From the NCBI GenBank assembly GCA_964035545.1, contig OZ037773.1:8957751-9021750 (forward strand): a stretch of 64,000 nucleotides of DNA, written 5' to 3'. The stretch comes from Bugula neritina (lineage: Eukaryota > Animalia > Bryozoa). How positions within the stretch are numbered: the stretch's first letter is position 1; each line of letters begins with the position of its first letter. The translations under genes and the position numbers were made by a program. Below, piece after piece: positions 57,218 through 64,000 of the stretch. Under the pieces are notes generated by a model. The model was not told where the DNA came from. It saw only the letters and a program-made list of their open reading frames with translations, and searched no databases.

Positions 57218-57619
57218 AAGGATTTCTCCTTTATCTCCTGTATGTTTTGTGCTGTTCGATACATCCTAGAGTTTAATTCCAGACAATACAAGGATTGTTT
57301 GTTCATTCATTACGTGAATTCATAAGTTCAAACTTGTCTGAGCTGAAACATGAGCACAGTTCAACCAGTTACTTTAAGAGTTTCTGCTTATCATTCCCAG
57401 TAATCACTTGTACAATATTTTTTGCAAAACCTGTTCACAAATTTGAATAATGAAATTATATCATATTACAGTTGAACATAACATATGCATGATTATATAA
57501 TATTATATTAGATAATTAATATTATATAATTGTATAATTGCAGAGAAGCTTTGAGTACACTCTTAACTTGAGTGGTTTTGCAGTCATCATGATAAACTCG
57601 CTGTTGAATTACTGCTGCA

Positions 57620-58060
57620 TACTATACACTGGTAATACTATACATACTATACTCTGGTAATACTATACACTGGTAATACTATACATACTATACACTGGTA
57701 ATACTATACACTGGTAATACTACACATACTATACACTGGTAATACTACACATACTAGACACTAGTAATACTATACATACTATACACTGGTAATACTATAC
57801 ATACTATACACTGGTAATACTATACATACTATACACTGGTAATACTATACATACTATACATTGGTAATACTATACATACTATACACTGGTAATACTATAC
57901 ACTGGTAATACTACACATACTATACACTGGTAATACTACACATACTAGACACTAGTAATACTATACATACTATACACTGGTAATACTATACATACTATAC
58001 ACTGGTAATACTATACATACTATACACTTGTAATACTATACATACTCTACACTGGTAATA
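57620..58060. repeat. 25-bp minisatellite (ATACTATACACTGGTAATACTATAC)
   Basis: Tandem array with a higher-order repetition of variant units. Confidence 0.93.
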
Positions 58061-58761
58061 AAAAATTTAGGCCAGGTTTTATGTGTTTATTTTCTATATT
58101 TGCTACTGAACACAACAACAAAAGTACATCATTAATTTTATCACAAAAAGATGCCACCAACTATAAGTTACTTTTAACTTTTGCCGATAATGTAAAATAA
58201 ATTTATTAGCAGAATAATTTGACAAATGTGATAAATTAACTGAGTATATGACACGCCTTCATATTCAACTGATGGGTTTGAAAAACTAAACATTTATCCA
58301 TAAATATAGCTATTATATATATAAAATAGATGAGCTAAGTTTATTTTTAAAAGCAAGCATGCAGATAGTATAGTTTTCTAGCAGACTAAGTTACCAATTT
58401 GGTACAAAAGTACATTATTACTGGCAGTACATCGTTATTGCTTACAAGTACTGGTAAAAAATTAGCTATATACGCCCTCTGTTCAGACTAGCTACAAACC
58501 TGTATAACATTATTTAGCTATTTATAGTACACCGAAAAGACAATCAGTATGTACTAATAGTTAAACTATTATTAAAACACGATGTGATGTTTATTTATAT
58601 CAACAACTCTATTGTGGTTAAACGTATTCTAAAACTTAAGTTATGGTAAATAAAACACTTAACTTCCAATTCAATAACTTTGATCATCTTTCAGTTTGAA
58701 ATTTGCTCTGAGCAAGTCTGTAATAAGGCTATATAATAGTATCAACACCTGGTAGTAATTT

Positions 58762-61700
58762 CTAATCTGTGCTGTAGTCTAAAGCTGTGCCAGGATCTAG
58801 AGCTGTGTTGGGATTTAGGGCTGTGTTAGGATCTAAGGGTGTGCTGACATCGGAGGCTACAATCAATGAACAGGTTTAAAAACAAGCAGCAATCTCTGTC
58901 AGCAAACAGTTGCCAAATTTTTTATAATTATATATAATAAATTGTTTAGCTGCATGGCATATTATATAACTAATAATACAATTATAATATACAAATAACA
59001 TAAATAGTAATATAACTATTAGACAGTATGGGTTTAGCTGCAGTAGAGGATAACTCTAAAGAGGTTGAAGCTTGCAAACAGAATGATAGTCTAATTTACT
59101 TATATATAGTCACAGTGCCTAAAGGAACTGAAGCTATGAGATAAACCTTGCTATATGTATATCATTATAGTGATTCAAGTTATTTTTACTTTGACTGTCT
59201 CAGTACAAACTAACGCAGTATGTACATTTATAGTATTTATTACAATTTATGGACTTACGTTCCTCTTCAAACACTCTTAGTGCTGCCTGAAACCAAAACA
59301 AAGAATGTTAATCCGCATTACAGCTGAGAAGTCTAACAGTCTAAGTTTTATTGCGCAATTACTAGTTTGTAGGAAACTATAAATTTCATGGAATTTAAGT
59401 TCTAAATTAGTTGCAAGTGGTTTGCTGTAAAATATAAAAAATTATTTTTTTTGATGGAATTAAAAGAATAGAATCAAGCTTTTATATTGAAATTTGTAAG
59501 AAAATTCAGCTTTCTGTGCTTGCAATTTTTAATTCACTTTTGCTTACTAGCAATGCTTTACTATTTCAGCTAAAAAGTGCATTTAGACACACAATAGAGG
59601 CTGTACAAGTACCGTATTTAGATCTCTTATCTCTTGAAACCTGGCTGTAGCTCCTTCAGTATCGCCTTCTTCCAGATACTCCATACCTTCGTTGCTCAAG
59701 TTTATTGATTCCTGGAAAATCGCATCAACTCTTTCCTTCCAAGCTAGCAGCATACTGTGATAAAAACACAAAAAGAAAATATTTTTCAGGTTGCTTCTTT
59801 TCCTTCACAACAATTCATATATTATAGAACTTCTTTAGCCACCACAACTATAGTTTTAAATATTAAGATCTATGAGACAGCATATTAAAAAAAGCATACA
59901 AATAAAAATAAATTATGATGTAAAAATTTGAGTAGTTCTAAGATGTTTTACACTTCTAACTTGAGTACTTGAGAATAATAAAAGTTATGAACAGATAATA
60001 TAACTCGTAAAGATGATTATATATAATGCCACATACATCAGCAGTTTTCTTATTATTTTGGCATTGTCTGGATTTCTTCTAATTTCTCTGAAATAGAATA
60101 AAATACAACACAAGTTCTGATTGGTTATTACTGACTCAACAGCTTTTGCGGTATAACTGGTCGTACAAGTTGAGCTTATAAGTATAAGTTCACTTGATAA
60201 ATAAAAAATGAACGATTATACCCACAACAACAATCTAGCCAATCATGAAATAGAACTTCATTTACACAGGTTAAACAAATATCATAATTTTACGGAGTTC
60301 AAGAATATCTTTTCTACCATGCTGAAACTTAACATATGACTTGTTTTAAAATTCAGATGAAGTATATAAGACATGTATATGTCAGCTCTTGTTATCTTAG
60401 TTTCCCACTAACAATTATATGGTAATGATTAGGTAAACTTGTATATGTGAATGCTGTACCAAAGGCTATTTTGACTTTTTATGCAAAAAAACTGGGCTAC
60501 AAATATTTAAGATGAAAGAAACAAAATAGTTTTGACAAAATCTACCAACTTACTCTTCATAAGCCTGTTTAATAGAGACGTAGTTGTCCAAGGTTATATG
60601 TAGACTGGATAGTCTTTCGTAGGTTTCCTGTAAAATCAGACAAAAATACAAAACAGCTTTTATGAACTATACTTTCTTTGAATTTTACTAGTTTTACTTT
60701 TTGACTTTTTCTAATTATAGGAAGATTGAATCTTTTAGAATTTAAAATAATGTATAAACATTTAGATATAAATTTTCTTCTGGTATATTAGCAGTGAAAA
60801 GTATAAAATACTGTATTATATTAAAGTATTATTATGCATTTCTGTGGCTATAATATATTATGTGAAGAATATATATGAAAAGTAGTATAATTAATGTATA
60901 TATAATAAGGGTTGTCACTAAATTTTATATAATTTCTTATTCAAACTATACATTATAAAATGTAACATTATTCAGCCAATCTATATAGCTATATATAGTG
61001 CTGAGATGTCAAAATTGACCAATTTGATAGATTATGAAACTTTTTTTATGAATTTAGTCATTTTTCAATTAAAGGGGACGATTGGTGCCAAACATAAATA
61101 AAGACAAGTGAGCAAATTTCCAAATGTACACTGAAACCGCTCGATCATACTTGAAATTTGTCGAGGTGATCGACACATATAATTACTTGAAGAAGCTTTA
61201 TGTCGTCATGGCAACTGCAGTTCAAGTATATCTGCAGCACAAGTTTCCCTTCTATAATATTGCTTTCAAGTAACAAGTTTTAACGCAACTGGCTTTAATC
61301 CCAACGTTAATTTATCCAACAAAGATGCACCATCAGTAATTTGTCAGCAATTAATTTATTTGTGTTTGGTGGTAACAAAAATTTGATCTCAGATACCTGG
61401 GATGTGAGTGGGTAGATTGACGGTTGTATCTTTTTAACACAGAAGTCAATAGATTTCACGTAGCGGTTTTTAAAATCCTCTTTTTCTTGCTCAGTATTGA
61501 AGGTGTGTAACTCATCATGTACAACCTTGTTACGAGTTTCTCTCACAAATGTCAAATCTTCTTTTATTTCAAGAGTTCGAGTGTTATGAACCGAGTGGTG
61601 CTGTAATTCAGCAAAACTATACCTTGGCCGAGGACAATTTCGGCTTATTTTGCTTTGAATGACAAGCCTTAGCAACCCAAAAATTAGTTCATCCCAAGCT

Positions 61701-62101
61701 ATAACCTTTCTTCTCCACTCAGGTCCAACGGTTTCCAGCAATGAAGTGATTCCAGTGCCACTGAGCACGTGCGAAACTGTAAATCTAGATGTGATCCCTG
61801 CTTTAAAGACTTCCCACTCGACTGTTTTTCTTTGTTCTACTATTTCTTTAACAGAATTTGCTATCCATTGAATTCCTTCCAATAACTTATGATCATCCTT
61901 ATCAAATTTTAACCTGTGTCGAACCATGCCTCCAAGTTCTTGGACGTTTCGGCGTGATTCTCGAACAAGTGTCGCAGCAATAGTCTGACTCAGAACTTCC
62001 TCTACGTTGCAGGCAGCAAGAACACAAAGTGGAATGTTTTGCCATTTCCTGCCACCTGGCCACTCAGCATCGCCATAACTAACAGTAGCAGCGGCAGCCA
62101 T
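58762..62101 (-). CDS. Uncharacterised ~364 aa protein with a putative HEPN domain (RNKVVH) and a helical C-terminal region
   Basis: ATG at 62101 follows the acceptor TTTAG at ~62110. 705-nt first coding exon 62101-61397, then exons ~60627-60554, ~60087-60037, ~59754-59613, ~59286-59259 and 58856-58762 join in frame with GT-AG sites. Contains DLTFVRETRNKVVH. Confidence 0.72.
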
Positions 62102-63176
62102 GTTTGGAGCTAAACAAAATATAGCATGTATACATGCATTGTTTAATACTCCATATTTTAACCAAATATCTAAATATATTATTAAAGTATAACTACATAT
62201 TAAAATGTTATACTGACATATTATGGAGCAGTTTGGGATAAGTAGACAAAGCTGGACATTATCCAAAATGATTGCTACTGATATTCAGTTTGATTCATCT
62301 ATTCACTCATTGCTGCTATATATAGTTGCCTAAACATTGTATATATGTTAGGAGTAGCGCTTGACATATAGTTTTAATACTCAAGGATATGAACTGACAA
62401 CTTGATTGATTTGACTGTCTGGAAAAATTAAATCTAGTACTAATATAGCTACTATGTCCCTATTCTTTGTATTATGCATGGGGACAGTGTCAATTGAATG
62501 AAACCACAACCAAATCTATCCTTACTAGCATCCCCTAGGAATTCATTCAACTCAGTGTATGATAGGTTACAGCTACTGCTATAGAAAGACATCAGTTTAT
62601 TTCAATTATAAACATGAGGTCTTTCCAATAGGTCTAAACTTATTGGAGCAGTAAAACTTGAAATTTATTAGTAACTACAACACTCTGCCCACCACATACG
62701 CTTTGCCTTTCTACTTACAAACTTTTTTATTTCCTTATTTCTCCAAGTATATGCTTTACCACTTGACTATCCTGTTCATCAGCTTGACCTTTTCTCTCTT
62801 AAATCTAAATTATTTATATTTTCGTGTGCCGGTACAAGTAGGGTTGCAAGTAGTAGATACTAACCGTGTAGGAAACGAAACTGCTCTTATCAACACCCTA
62901 TTTAATCACAATACACGTCACAAATGTAAACAATACACTATAATACTACAGTCGACTGCATGTACGCTGTTTACCAGTGATAACAGAATGGGTTGTCAAA
63001 GGGTTGATAACTCATAATTCTATAAGCAGCTCTGAATATGATGATGTTGGGTTGTTATACTTTTGGTGATGCCCACTTAAGTCACTACTCATGCAGCAAC
63101 TTATTCTGATGGATATGTGGATGACTGCTGCATTGTGATAAACCACTACTAACAATATTAATTTAAGAACCACCTA

Positions 63177-63478
<302 letters not shown>

Positions 63479-63743
63479 ATTGTATCCTGTACATAGCCTA
63501 TAAAGTTATAGCTATGTAGGTATATAGAGGAGCATGAAACAGAGATAGCTTTTTATATGACACCTTGAAAATACTTTGAATGATTTTTTATTATAAATAA
63601 TCCATCAGAGCTTCAATATTTTTTTCAAATTTTGTTCATATATGCCTACTTATTATAGACAGTATTTACACTGAGTTTCACAACGTGTTTTCAATCAATC
63701 AATCAATCAATTATTCGATCAATCAATTGTACACTTAAAATAA

Positions 63744-64000
63744 TTGTATAGCTTGTATAGTAACGCAGTTCTATAGTGATATTCTACCCTTGTATAGCTT
63801 GTATAGTAATACAGTTTTATAGTGATATTCTACCCTTGTATAGCTTGTATAGTAATACAGTTTTATAGTGATATTGTACTCTTGTATAGCTTGTATAGTA
63901 ATACAGTTTTATAGTGATATTGTACCCTTGTATAGCTTGTATAGTAATACAGTTTTATAGTGATATTGTACCCTTGTATAGCCTGTATAGTAATACAGTT
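63744..64000. repeat. 46-bp minisatellite running off the window end
   Basis: TTGTATAGCTTGTATAGTAATACAGTTTTATAGTGATATTCTACCC, about 5.5 copies. Confidence 0.93.

Noticed and set aside
62102-62266. N-terminal 55 aa of the 319-aa ORF in the track
   Set aside because: Begins at TTG and lies upstream of a clear acceptor at ~62110, so it is mostly intronic; the ATG at 62101 is the likely start.

Overview
AT-rich, intron-dense eukaryotic (invertebrate animal-like) genomic DNA. I reconstructed six protein-coding genes by hand from splice sites: a 5'-truncated DENND3 (+), USP8 (-), LAP3 (+, head-to-head with USP8), a small secreted EGF-repeat/coiled-coil protein (+), a GT31/B3GALT-family glycosyltransferase (+), and an uncharacterised protein with a HEPN-type RNxxxH motif (-). 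Mobile DNA: (i) a 4.3 kb Gmr1-type Gypsy LTR element in a DENND3 intron, with apparently identical 521-bp LTRs, a 5-bp TSD, tRNA-Pro PBS and an open gag-protease-integrase frame, but with the reverse transcriptase and most of RNase H deleted; (ii) a 2.9 kb TIR element in a USP8 intron; (iii) a 343-bp Harbinger-type MITE. Many introns contain minisatellites, several of them tandem amplifications of splice donors, branch points or acceptors. One is a ~46-copy array matching the 5' end of U1 snRNA. Two abutting perfect palindromes lie in the last glycosyltransferase intron. Exon coordinates were read by eye and may be off by a few bases; no database searches were run.
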